From Minisyncoccota bacterium (GTDB lineage Bacteria > Patescibacteriota > Minisyncoccia > Phycocordibacterales > JABAAK01), in NCBI GenBank assembly GCA_963668425.1, contig OY764332.1, positions 105,241 to 169,240 on the forward strand: a stretch of DNA of 64,000 bases, read 5' to 3'. Below the pieces are notes generated by a model that saw only the letters and a program-made list of their open reading frames with translations, searched no databases and was not told the DNA's origin. Below, in pieces: positions 39,118 to 47,958 of the stretch (position 1 is the first letter of the stretch; every line of letters begins with the position of its first letter). A program made the position numbers and the translations under genes.

Positions 39118-40319
39118 AGGCCATGTTCACGCTTAACATTGCGCAAAAACAATCTAGCATCCTTTTTGTCGCCACTAAAAGAAATAAGGTTCGCTGTTTC
39201 TTTCTCCCCCACCTTATTAAGATTACTACTAAGTAATTCCTTCGGATAAAAATGAGCAAATGCTTTCATCAAAGATTGACCCCCTTTGCTTTTCTTTTTT
39301 TTCGTTTCATCAGATGGACTAGTCGGTCTTTCTTCACAGATACTCACATACCTTTCTTTATCACTCTTACAGAACAAGAACCATACTAAGAAGGAGGGTG
39401 AAACACCGTAATCTTTTGCGAGCAACTTTGCGTCCTCCCATGAAACAATTTTCTCCTGTAATTGCTTGATTTCTTTATCATCAAAAAGAAGAAAGCCCAC
39501 AAAATCAAATGATTCGTTTTTTATTTCCCTGTATTCGTCATTGTGATACAAAGCAATGGCATTGCTACCAATGCCAATTGAGTGTAACAATGCCAATGCG
39601 GTTACTATCCTTCTCTCAAAAGAAATTATTTTTGAATTTACCAATATTGCAGCAGATCTACCTGATTCAGAAATCACAGACAAGCCGTCAAATGTAGCGC
39701 TATCAGGTAGTTTTTCAGGCATGACGCCGTTTCTATTGTGTGACCTGAACACTGGCACGCCGACACCATTTATTTTTTCCATTACGTAATTGAATCTTTG
39801 ACTGGGCTCTTTGATTGATCGAAATTCTGACAGGGTAAGGTTAAGTATCTCTCTCACTGTCACTGCAGCATCCCATGGACTTTTTTTGTGCAGAAGTCCA
39901 ATAAAATTACCGTTCTCCACCCCATAACTGATATTGTTTGATATGTATTGGCTTATCCTTTGAAGTGAATACTGTTCAGCGCCTCCACCACTCCTTATAT
40001 GGCCATAATATTTTACATTTTCCATCCTATACTTCTCCGCTTTAATAATTTTTTCCTCTGGCACAAAAATGTATGACCATTTTTCTTTGAATATTCTTTT
40101 TAAATCAGAAAATGTAATATCATTGCGAGTACCATCTCTAATCTGTCTTATAATCCCAGGCGTTTTTTCTGTTCCTAGCCCCCTTTTTATGTTGAATACT
40201 TTGTGCAAACGCAAAATTATATCTTTTGGAACACTAAAATGAAACGCATTCCTATAGTAGACATCAATCATACTAACATCTAAGGTGTGTATAAAGAGTG
40301 TTTGTTGTTTTGTTTTCAT
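39114..40319 (-). CDS. hypothetical 401-aa protein translationally coupled to the PIN-like gene
   Basis: No HExxH or nucleotide-binding motif found. Operon partner of the PIN-like protein. Confidence 0.45.
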   Translation of the reverse strand: MKTKQQTLFIHTLDVSMIDVYYRNAFHFSVPKDIILRLHKVFNIKRGLGTEKTPGIIRQIRDGTRNDITFSDLKRIFKEKWSYIFVPEEKIIKAEKYRMENVKYYGHIRSGGGAEQYSLQRISQYISNNISYGVENGNFIGLLHKKSPWDAAVTVREILNLTLSEFRSIKEPSQRFNYVMEKINGVGVPVFRSHNRNGVMPEKLPDSATFDGLSVISESGRSAAILVNSKIISFERRIVTALALLHSIGIGSNAIALYHNDEYREIKNESFDFVGFLLFDDKEIKQLQEKIVSWEDAKLLAKDYGVSPSFLVWFLFCKSDKERYVSICEERPTSPSDETKKKKSKGGQSLMKAFAHFYPKELLSSNLNKVGEKETANLISFSGDKKDARLFLRNVKREHGL

Positions 40320-40384
40320 ATTTGTTTGAAAAAAGCCACAATATTACTTGTGGCTCTTGTGTTCCCGCCCATGTATTTGGTCGT

Positions 40385-40594
40385 TTAATAGTTCCTTGTT
40401 GCGTCCCTGATAGAGTAGGCGGACACAAAGTCACGTGTCTCTTTTAAGGAGACCAAACGGCTTGCGACATCTACTGTTTTCACACCCTCAGTGGACATTA
40501 TCTTGACGATACTATCCTCCATCTCCTTCTTTTTCTCCTTAAGAGTGCTCAATGTATCACGTATATCCAAGTATTCTTTTATTTGTGTTTTCAT
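40385..40594 (-). CDS. small hypothetical protein (69 aa, charged/coiled)
   Basis: Short ORF downstream of the small hydrophobic ORF. Confidence 0.35.
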   Translation of the reverse strand: MKTQIKEYLDIRDTLSTLKEKKKEMEDSIVKIMSTEGVKTVDVASRLVSLKETRDFVSAYSIRDATRNY

Positions 40595-40603
40595 GTTTTT
40601 TTG

Positions 40604-40771
40604 TTAAAAATGCAAAGTCACTCCGAACAGTCCAAACACAAATACTGAAACAGACATTATAATCGTTGCCAGCACCAACTGAATGAACCCAATAAGGAGT
40701 AACCCCAATAACGCTTCAGCGCTTTCGATAGTAAAAAGCGTGCTAAAAATAAAGTCCTTTTCCATATGCAT
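40604..40771 (-). CDS. small hydrophobic 2-TM peptide (55 aa), not in the ORF track
   Basis: Hand translation: MHMEKDFIFSTLFTIESAEALLGLLLIGFIQLVLATIIMSVSVFVFGLFGVTLHF. Confidence 0.3.
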   Translation of the reverse strand: MHMEKDFIFSTLFTIESAEALLGLLLIGFIQLVLATIIMSVSVFVFGLFGVTLHF

Positions 40772-40944
40772 TTTGTTATCTTAATAATATCCGCCGTTAG
40801 GTAGACGGGGCTTCAGGAACAGTATATATCAGTGTCGGCTGGTACGCAAATGCACGATTAATCGTGTATTTACCGCGCCCCTTCTTTACCTTATTTTTGG
40901 GTTGAACCTTGCCCTCTGGTTATAGTCCGGTTTGGGTATTGAAA

Positions 40945-42171
40945 TCAATGATTTTTGTAAGCATCATAGTAACGTTGCATATCGTTTGTATTAACATTTT
41001 CTAATCCAGCCGCCCATCCCACTCTCTTTACTATATCAAAAAGTGATTCAGTATAATTCTTTTTAAGATTCTGATACATGATTGTCTCTGTAAGATTAAT
41101 GGAGTCATCAACTGAGCCATTATTAAAAGGTTCCTCGGTCTTTAAACTTAAGTTTGTTTCATTAGGGATGTTTCCAAATGGAACATTTTCAATATTGTCC
41201 AGTGATACCTTTAATTCAAGAAAGCCCCAGTACCCAATCTCTGCATAAAACTCTATGGCTGACGCGAGGAATAGATCAAGGCGAGATAATAAGTGCCCAA
41301 GATGAAAAACATCATGCCCGCCTTCTGTGTCTTTTTTAGAACGAATTTTTGTTTTGTGATAGTAAAAACCATATTGATTCAGTTCATCGTAGAGCAATCC
41401 AAGAATAGAGTGCTGAAAAAGCCGACAAAACCCATGTTGCACTGGTGAAAATATACAGTCGGAATTGTTGCGTGGGAGTGGAAACTGGACGACGCCCCAT
41501 CTACTAACCTGCATCTTTGTTAATATATTATTAGGGAGTTCCTGGTAGTCAGCCAGTATGTCAAATGGATACAGCGGGACAATACTGAAAGAGGTATCTA
41601 TACACCTTGGGTCTTGTTTGAACCTTTTACATAACACAACAGATCTTTCCTTTGCGGATTGATAAAAAGATTCTTTTAATTCAGTGGATTTTTTGCGCTT
41701 TTCAGTAAGCCAAAGTATCCTGTCAACATTTGCCAACTCTTCTGGCTCGTTGCTTGTATCAGTCCTGATATACACCTTTGTATTGTCTTTGATTGCGTGC
41801 GGTGTTGTATCGCTTTGCGGTACCCTGATCACAATCAAAGCATTCTCTTCCTTTTCATCTGAACAAATTTGCACTTCAGGGAAAATCGGAGGGGTGATTC
41901 TTCCAAGCACAATATTATTAATTCGCTCCCGTAGACCCTTTTTATAAGCAATACCCTGTACAGGCAATTCTGGTGTACTATCTTTGTCCTCAACACCAAT
42001 TATAATAACCCCTCCCCATGTATTAGCCATAGCAGCCATGGTTTTTGGCAAACTTGCATTATTGATTTCTCGTTTGTAATCAAGATGTATTGATTCTCGG
42101 TGTTTTTCTTCGCAGAAATCAATCACATCCTGATAGGTGATTTCTTCAATTTTTTTGGTGTATAGCAACAT
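40945..42171 (-). CDS. AlbA_2 (Schlafen-like divergent AAA) domain protein
   Basis: N-terminal YQDVIDFCEEKHRESIHLDYKREI...MANTWGGVIIIGVEDK resembles PF04326. C-terminal 270 aa unknown. Element B lies 55 nt upstream. Confidence 0.55.
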   Translation of the reverse strand: MLLYTKKIEEITYQDVIDFCEEKHRESIHLDYKREINNASLPKTMAAMANTWGGVIIIGVEDKDSTPELPVQGIAYKKGLRERINNIVLGRITPPIFPEVQICSDEKEENALIVIRVPQSDTTPHAIKDNTKVYIRTDTSNEPEELANVDRILWLTEKRKKSTELKESFYQSAKERSVVLCKRFKQDPRCIDTSFSIVPLYPFDILADYQELPNNILTKMQVSRWGVVQFPLPRNNSDCIFSPVQHGFCRLFQHSILGLLYDELNQYGFYYHKTKIRSKKDTEGGHDVFHLGHLLSRLDLFLASAIEFYAEIGYWGFLELKVSLDNIENVPFGNIPNETNLSLKTEEPFNNGSVDDSINLTETIMYQNLKKNYTESLFDIVKRVGWAAGLENVNTNDMQRYYDAYKNH

Positions 42172-42225
42172 ACTTTACTGTACCCTAATTTGACCTTTTT
42201 TATCAAGGGCAAGGTTTGCCCCATG

Positions 42226-42263
42226 CAAAACGGTTAAAAGGGTGTCTATAGCAATCGCGCCAC
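42226..42263. repeat. 38-bp conserved element B, copy 2, upstream of the AlbA_2 gene
   Basis: Identical to 38531-38568. Followed by an ATCTCAACCAATGACAACC motif that recurs at 43731. Confidence 0.8.
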
Positions 42264-42407
42264 TTACGATTAGATTCTTGGTTGAAATACAGCAATTATC
42301 TTGCCACACCATTTACGACCTGGCACCATCTCAACCAATGACAACCTTTCTTTGTAAAAGAGATTTTTGTTTAGTGCATGGATTTAATAATCTAGTGCAA
42401 CAGTAAA

Positions 42408-43190
42408 TTACTTATTTCGAATTATGTTCCACAAGCATTCTCTATCTTCGGCATTTAATACTTCAGAAAGGTGATCAAATTCAAGTACTATAGATGCGAA
42501 ATACCTTTCTATCTCTTTTAAATCTTTTGACACTTCTTCCTCCTTGGAGAAAGTGTGGTTTGGGTGAATGTACCTACTACAATTTTGATAAAGCGCTGAA
42601 AAAACATATCGTTCTTTTTTAGTGTCCTCAGTTTCAAAAGCTTGTATTGCTTGTTCATAAATGCTTTTTTTTGCAATTGATTTTAACAAAGGATTGTCAT
42701 TGATTTCTTTCTCGTGCTCTTGTATTTTTGCATTAGCTTCTGACTCCCCTTCTTTGATTTTTTTCTCAGTTTCTGCAATATCTTTAAGATCCTGTTCGGT
42801 TGTTTTAGGATTTTCTTTCATCTCTTTCAGAGATTTTTTTCTTGCTTTCCAATGGCGTAACCCTTCATTGCAAAATTTTAATTCAAAAGCCCTAACTACC
42901 CTCTCCTGCTCTTCCATAGTTTTGTACTCTGAAACATGTTTCTTGATTAGAAGTATTTTTATAAGTACTTCCAGTAAAACCCTGAGCAATACTGCATTTG
43001 TTTTTGCATATCTATTATTATTTTTTGTATTATTTTCTGCTAATGTTATTATTTCTACAGCATACTCAAACAACTCACATATCTTATCAAGCACTGCCTG
43101 TGATTGTATTAGGGCAACCTTTACTTTTGAAGGTTTGCTGATAATGCCGTCTCCGATATTTATTAACTTATTTATTGTTTTATCTGACAT
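42408..43190 (-). CDS. hypothetical protein
   Basis: 260 aa from MSDKTINKL. Charged, helical, no motif. Confidence 0.45.
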   Translation of the reverse strand: MSDKTINKLINIGDGIISKPSKVKVALIQSQAVLDKICELFEYAVEIITLAENNTKNNNRYAKTNAVLLRVLLEVLIKILLIKKHVSEYKTMEEQERVVRAFELKFCNEGLRHWKARKKSLKEMKENPKTTEQDLKDIAETEKKIKEGESEANAKIQEHEKEINDNPLLKSIAKKSIYEQAIQAFETEDTKKERYVFSALYQNCSRYIHPNHTFSKEEEVSKDLKEIERYFASIVLEFDHLSEVLNAEDRECLWNIIRNK

Positions 43191-43305
43191 TTTGTGTACG
43201 CATAGTGTAGTATATTTTTGTGTTTCAGGCAAAAGAAATTTTGTTCAATCTTGGTATTTTCTAAATGTTCGGAGGTTGGATTGTGAAGTATAATCTAAAC
43301 ATACC

Positions 43306-43641
43306 ATGAAACAAGAGAAGATACAATGTGTTCTAAAAGCTGTGTTGCGTTGGTTGTTTTGCTGGATACCGCTTGCATTTTTGATAGGTGTAATGTCATT
43401 GCTCCTGCTCTATGTTTTCGGTTTCTATTATGATAGTGATGTTTCCGGTTTCTATGATAGTGATGTCGTACCATTCACGCTGCCTGCAGTGCCCTTAATG
43501 GTATTGGTGGTGAATATCCTCTTTAGATTGTGGGAATATGCTTTTGATAAATCAGTTCGTTTTGCCGCTATTTTATCTTGCACAATCCCCTTTGTGTTGT
43601 TTCTATCTCTGCTTTTTTTGTCTGTTTTGTTTGGGTGGTAG
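43306..43641 (+). CDS. small membrane protein (full-length copy carrying the right direct repeat)
   Basis: 111 aa, TM helix, DSDV repeat, then LFRLWEYAFDKSVRFAAILSCTIP shared with 36246..36446. Confidence 0.5.
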   Translation: MKQEKIQCVLKAVLRWLFCWIPLAFLIGVMSLLLLYVFGFYYDSDVSGFYDSDVVPFTLPAVPLMVLVVNILFRLWEYAFDKSVRFAAILSCTIPFVLFLSLLFLSVLFGW

Positions 43642-44071
43642 TACTTAATAACGACACTGTATGAATAAAAATTTCTAGATGTCACTATATCCGTGCTGTG
43701 AACCTCTAACTACACACCAAGTGCTGATACTATCTCAACCAACGACAACCATCCTTTATATTTTCAATCAGGAGTGAGTCAGTAAAAAATCTGTTGGAAG
43801 TTGCTTATAGGTGTAATTTCGTGGATATGGCGATGGGCAAATGTTAAAAATGCTCTTATAGCATCGAATTTCATACATATAAGGGTGGTTTTTGTAATAA
43901 TCAGACAAAAAATACTCTTATATCTCTAAAAATCAGACCTATAAGGATTTAACCCTTATTTCATAAGGCGAAACGGCTATAGAACTACAAAAACCCTATA
44001 TCTAAAGAGGATTTTATGTAGTGAAAGTATATTATAGTAGCCATCTTTTTATTGAGGAATTATATACTTAA

Positions 44072-44569
44072 TTACCCCAGCAGTCCGTTATTGACCTCTC
44101 TTTGAAACTCTTGTATGGCATACACACCAATCAAGGCACGATCAGGACTGACCTGATCCTTCAACCACTCCACTGCCTTTTTTTTATATCCACCTCCATC
44201 AAGTAGTATTATTGTTGGTACGTCTGCTTTAATAATGTTGTGCAGTAAAAAAGGATACTTCTCATCCACCGATCCTGATGACTGTTGCCATTTGCATTCT
44301 ATGACTAATCCATCATCAAACAACTCCTTATTGAAAACTATAAAATCACACTTCCTTGGAGATTCATATATTGTAGTTCCGATAGGTACTTGTTTTGAAT
44401 ACTGTTTTCCACCAATCAAACTGATGTTTTTATACAACTGATTCTTGTGATCCCGGAACTCTGTATACCCTTTGCCTATCAAAACACTTTCAATAAGCAT
44501 CTCTAAACTTTCTCCAGTTTTGTTTGCCTTTGTTCCGCCTGTATCAGTAGTTTTTGATGATGAGTTCAT
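44072..44569 (-). CDS. putative type II restriction endonuclease (PD-(D/E)xK fold)
   Basis: CDFIVFNKELFDDGLVIECKWQ gives a D-x13-E-C-K motif. Overlaps the 3' end of the Dam-family methyltransferase gene. Confidence 0.5.
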   Translation of the reverse strand: MNSSSKTTDTGGTKANKTGESLEMLIESVLIGKGYTEFRDHKNQLYKNISLIGGKQYSKQVPIGTTIYESPRKCDFIVFNKELFDDGLVIECKWQQSSGSVDEKYPFLLHNIIKADVPTIILLDGGGYKKKAVEWLKDQVSPDRALIGVYAIQEFQREVNNGLLG

Positions 44570-45425
44570 TTTCTTTTCCTCGTTGATGTGCTTTACAGGA
44601 CACCGATCTGCTCGCCTGTATTACCTCTATAGTATACTTGCTGTATAAAAAGCGTATGAGTGGTGTATCGCTATTTGAGAGCAGAAAATATGATCCAACT
44701 TTGTTTATTTCATTACAAAAATCAGCAAGTTTTTCATGCTCCTCCTTACCGAAACCTGCACCGTTGTACTGACTGTATGTTGTGTGGTACGGGGGATCAA
44801 GATAGTAAAAGGTGTTCTTTTTTGGTTTCAATTGCGTAAAATCTTTTTGTTCTATGACGGTGTCTTTTAAGGACGCAGAACAAGCACGCAGATTATCCTC
44901 ATCAAGTATTGACGGATTTTCATAAGACCCTATAGGAACATTGAAACCGCCTGACTTGTTTACTCTGTACAGACCATTGAAACAAGTTTTGTTAAGGTAT
45001 ATGAATATAGCCGCAATTTTTGCACGATCTGTTTCTGTGTTCAATCTTGCTCTCACTCTGCCGTAGTATTCTTTGTTGTGATTTTTCTTGTGCCGTTTTA
45101 GGTGCCGTACAACATCATCAACAGTATCACGAACTGCACTGTAAGTTGCTATCAGCGTGAAGTTTATATCGGACAGGTGGGCATTCTCTGGCTGTATTTC
45201 AAAAAAAAGTGCACCGCCACCAACAAATGGTTCACAATAATATCCGGTAAAGCCGACCTTTGCTTGTTCAGTCAGATGTGGCAATGCTGATCGCTTTCCT
45301 CCTACCCACTTCACGAATGGTTTAGCAGATATGTGTAAATCACTTACATCCTGACCCGCAATGGTTTGTAAAACATCATTAAATGATCCATCAATCGGAT
45401 CGTGGTGTTTTCTTTCTCGTATCAT
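44544..45425 (-). CDS. DNA adenine methyltransferase (Dam/D12 class N6-MTase)
   Basis: FVKWVGGKRSALPHL, EPFVGGGA, CFNGLYRVNKSGGFNVPIG and YYLDPPY (DPPY motif) are collinear with E. coli Dam. Confidence 0.85.
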   Translation of the reverse strand: MIRERKHHDPIDGSFNDVLQTIAGQDVSDLHISAKPFVKWVGGKRSALPHLTEQAKVGFTGYYCEPFVGGGALFFEIQPENAHLSDINFTLIATYSAVRDTVDDVVRHLKRHKKNHNKEYYGRVRARLNTETDRAKIAAIFIYLNKTCFNGLYRVNKSGGFNVPIGSYENPSILDEDNLRACSASLKDTVIEQKDFTQLKPKKNTFYYLDPPYHTTYSQYNGAGFGKEEHEKLADFCNEINKVGSYFLLSNSDTPLIRFLYSKYTIEVIQASRSVSCKAHQRGKENELIIKNY

Positions 45426-45550
45426 ATTTATTTTGTAATTACCTTGTAAGAGGTGGTAGGACTTTCAGTTATGTTTACCAGTATACCGTTGAATACATCA
45501 GTAATCTTTTCAGCCCTGCTGGTGTGTGATATACTACTAATTGAAACTAA

Positions 45551-45748
45551 TTGACACTTTTTAATAGGTTCACTGTTAATACCGCTATGAAAAAGAACAG
45601 GAAGATGACAATCAAAGAGTATGCAGAAAAAAGGAATATTGATTTTGAAAGATTATTTTCTGGTGAGAATCCAAACATATCTATGCAATCCTATCTAAAA
45701 AAAGATAGGACTTCCAAGTGTTGCAAAAGTATTTTGTATATTGAATAA
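45551..45748 (+). CDS. small ORF (65 aa), possible HTH regulator
   Basis: Divergent from the R-M pair. Ends at the left inverted-repeat terminator module. Confidence 0.3.
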   Translation: MTLFNRFTVNTAMKKNRKMTIKEYAEKRNIDFERLFSGENPNISMQSYLKKDRTSKCCKSILYIE

Positions 45749-45754
45749 CGAGAA

Positions 45755-45838
45755 AGCGTAATGCCGGTTAAGTGTCGTATCACAGCACCGAAACATACGT
45801 TGCTTAGAAAAAGGTCCGTCAGGGACTTTTTTTGTTTT
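45755..45838. repeat. inverted-repeat element, copy 1 (contains bidirectional terminator-like hairpin)
   Basis: AAGCGTAATGCCGGTTAAGTGTCGTATCACAGCACCGAAACATACGTTGCTTAGAAAAAGGTCCGTCAGGGACTTTTTTTG. Reverse complement of 52524-52606 is about 93% identical. Similarity extends about 25 bp further. Confidence 0.85.
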
Positions 45839-46030
45839 TTTACAGCATCAACGCTCTGGCAATTAGGTTCTCGACTGAAGTACAACAATTGTGCATATTA
45901 GAGGGCGGAGTGGCTCTCAAGAGGTGTGTAAAATAAGGTGATAATTTGGTTTTCAACACTTCTTGCGGAAAAAATATATTTTTGATATACTGTTAGTGAC
46001 TTGAGGTTATCTCAGGTGGCAAAACCCCTA

Positions 46031-46780
46031 TCAAAGGGGCTTTTTGTTTCTCCTTTTTCTGCCCTCTGGCAATAACCTGCAACTCCCCTCGTCGTCACGA
46101 TGGATAAGTTTTTGCTTTTCCATAGAAACCAACTTTTTTTTAAACCTGGTTTTATTTTGTTCTTTGTTCATGCCAAATAACTCTTCAAGTGTCTTATCTC
46201 CATCTTCAAGAGATAGTAATATTTCTTTTTCTGAGGTCAATCTTGGGTCAGTAATGACCTTCTTGTTGCCAACTTTGAGTATGTCAGGAAACATAATATC
46301 TGCAGATTCATCAATCTTTTGTTGTATTTGTTTGGTATCCATATCGCTGTATAGTCGTATTAGCTCAGCATATATCCATTTGGTTGCATAGAAGGTGAAA
46401 TTAGTGTCAATACGCTCCAGATTAACCCCGCCGAGGTGTGCGGCATCTCTCTCATTACGAAAACCGAGCAAGATTTTAACCAATGGAGCAACTTTTGTTC
46501 TTAGTGATACATCAGCACCTGAATTGTTTGCTAGATTATTAATAATCTTTCCAGTATCAGAAATCTGTTTGCCTATTGGGGTGAATTTTTTTGTTAAAAT
46601 ATATTCAAAAATTCGCAGTATTACCTCACAGAATTTTCCTACAGATGTTTCATGATGCTCAAAGTCACTGCTTTGATACCTACCTATCACTTTTTTGTAT
46701 TCAGCGGTCAGCGTCTTTTCTAATTCCTTTGGAATGCCCGCAAAAAGAGGGTGTTTATTTTTCTGTTTTTTTCTTGCCAT
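46031..46780 (-). CDS. DUF4145/HEPN-like protein (Rx4-6H-like motif GFRNERDAAH)
   Basis: LVKILLGFRNERDAAHLGGVNL parallels LKALDIVRITANEGGSHCGEIDL of the DUF4145 protein at 31060. Last gene of a three-gene overlapping operon. Confidence 0.5.
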   Translation of the reverse strand: MARKKQKNKHPLFAGIPKELEKTLTAEYKKVIGRYQSSDFEHHETSVGKFCEVILRIFEYILTKKFTPIGKQISDTGKIINNLANNSGADVSLRTKVAPLVKILLGFRNERDAAHLGGVNLERIDTNFTFYATKWIYAELIRLYSDMDTKQIQQKIDESADIMFPDILKVGNKKVITDPRLTSEKEILLSLEDGDKTLEELFGMNKEQNKTRFKKKLVSMEKQKLIHRDDEGSCRLLPEGRKRRNKKPL

Positions 46781-47243
46781 GTTTTTTTCTCTTACTCTTA
46801 TGGTATTTTTTAGAAATGTTTTTCAGTGAATCTTCATTGGGGAGTTGTGATACTATCTCTCTCGTGGTTGCATTTATCTTATATTTCCCATGCCCAGCAC
46901 CACTTATATACCCATATGTCCCTATGGAGTGCTGAATGTCTTTACCAATATTCCTCCCATTCATTAATGAAACCTCCGTCTCTAAAAAAGATTCTAATGC
47001 TTTTTTTTCAATGACTTCATTACTACTGCCATTGGTTAAATAATATACAGCAAGAGCGACGATAAAATAGTAGTTTTTTGTTTCTTTTTCTTGAAAAAAA
47101 GTGTCCCATTCGTTTGGGATAAGTTTTAACTCACCTTTGGTTGGGTTATTTGTTGTTCTTTCTGCAGATACTGATTGATTCTTTAACAAATCTCTAATCT
47201 CCTCCAAGAGTTTTATTATTACTTTTTCGTTTTCTGTGTTCAT
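46755..47243 (-). CDS. hypothetical protein (middle gene of three-gene operon)
   Basis: 162 aa. Overlaps the downstream gene by 26 nt and the upstream gene by 4 nt. Confidence 0.45.
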   Translation of the reverse strand: MNTENEKVIIKLLEEIRDLLKNQSVSAERTTNNPTKGELKLIPNEWDTFFQEKETKNYYFIVALAVYYLTNGSSNEVIEKKALESFLETEVSLMNGRNIGKDIQHSIGTYGYISGAGHGKYKINATTREIVSQLPNEDSLKNISKKYHKSKRKKHGKKKTEK

Positions 47244-47671
47244 TTTTCTTCTTCTTTTCTTAACTCTGCGAGCGCCTCAAGCCCTGTGTTGGTCAGTGAG
47301 TACATCCTATTCCTATGCTTGCCAGAGATAACGTCAACAAACCCTTTTTTGTGCAACCGAGCAATCACATCACTTGGGTTTCCAGGCGTTTTTTCTTTTA
47401 CGGTTTTGTAGGACTCTTGAATCGCTTTCAGGTCAAACCCATCCTTACTGTTCTCATTATCCAGTATTGACATGATCGCAAGGCACTTTTCTACGTCTGA
47501 TTCCAAGCTATATTGCAAGAAGATCTCTCGCTTGCTTAGGTTTTTTTTAATAGATGATTTCACCTCGCTGGAAGACATCTGGCTCTCTATTGCTGCAACC
47601 CTTTTTACAAGTGCATCAAAATCTTCTTTTGTTATTGTCTTTGTCGTCATAATATTTATAGCATACAGCAC
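47240..47671 (-). CDS. winged-helix domain protein (first gene of three-gene operon)
   Basis: C-terminal NPSDVIARLHKKGFVDVISGKHRNRMYSLTNTGLEAL is wHTH-like. Confidence 0.45.
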   Translation of the reverse strand: MLYAINIMTTKTITKEDFDALVKRVAAIESQMSSSEVKSSIKKNLSKREIFLQYSLESDVEKCLAIMSILDNENSKDGFDLKAIQESYKTVKEKTPGNPSDVIARLHKKGFVDVISGKHRNRMYSLTNTGLEALAELRKEEEK

Positions 47672-47958
47672 TGTTAAGAATCTGTCAATGCATCATAATA
47701 ATGTTTCTATTTTTGTTTTTTGTTGTATATGCTTTTCAGTAGATAAAAAGTATAATATTCTTATTTTACCATGGTCTATCTATATTTATTTTCAATATTT
47801 TTACAAAAATCAAAATAAAAAAATAAAATCGTTTTTTGAGTACCTTAAAAAGTATAAAAATATGTTTATTTATTAGGTTAAAATTTATCTTTTGTAACTG
47901 CTTGCTATAAAAAATAATTTTTTTGACTTCTTATTAATTTTTATGTATACTTACTCAT

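Noticed and set aside
45691-45888. Minus-strand 65-aa ORF overlapping the left inverted repeat
   Set aside because: It is a translation of the repeated terminator module and pseudo-3'-end. Its similarity to the DUF3800 3' end is at the DNA level, not the protein level.
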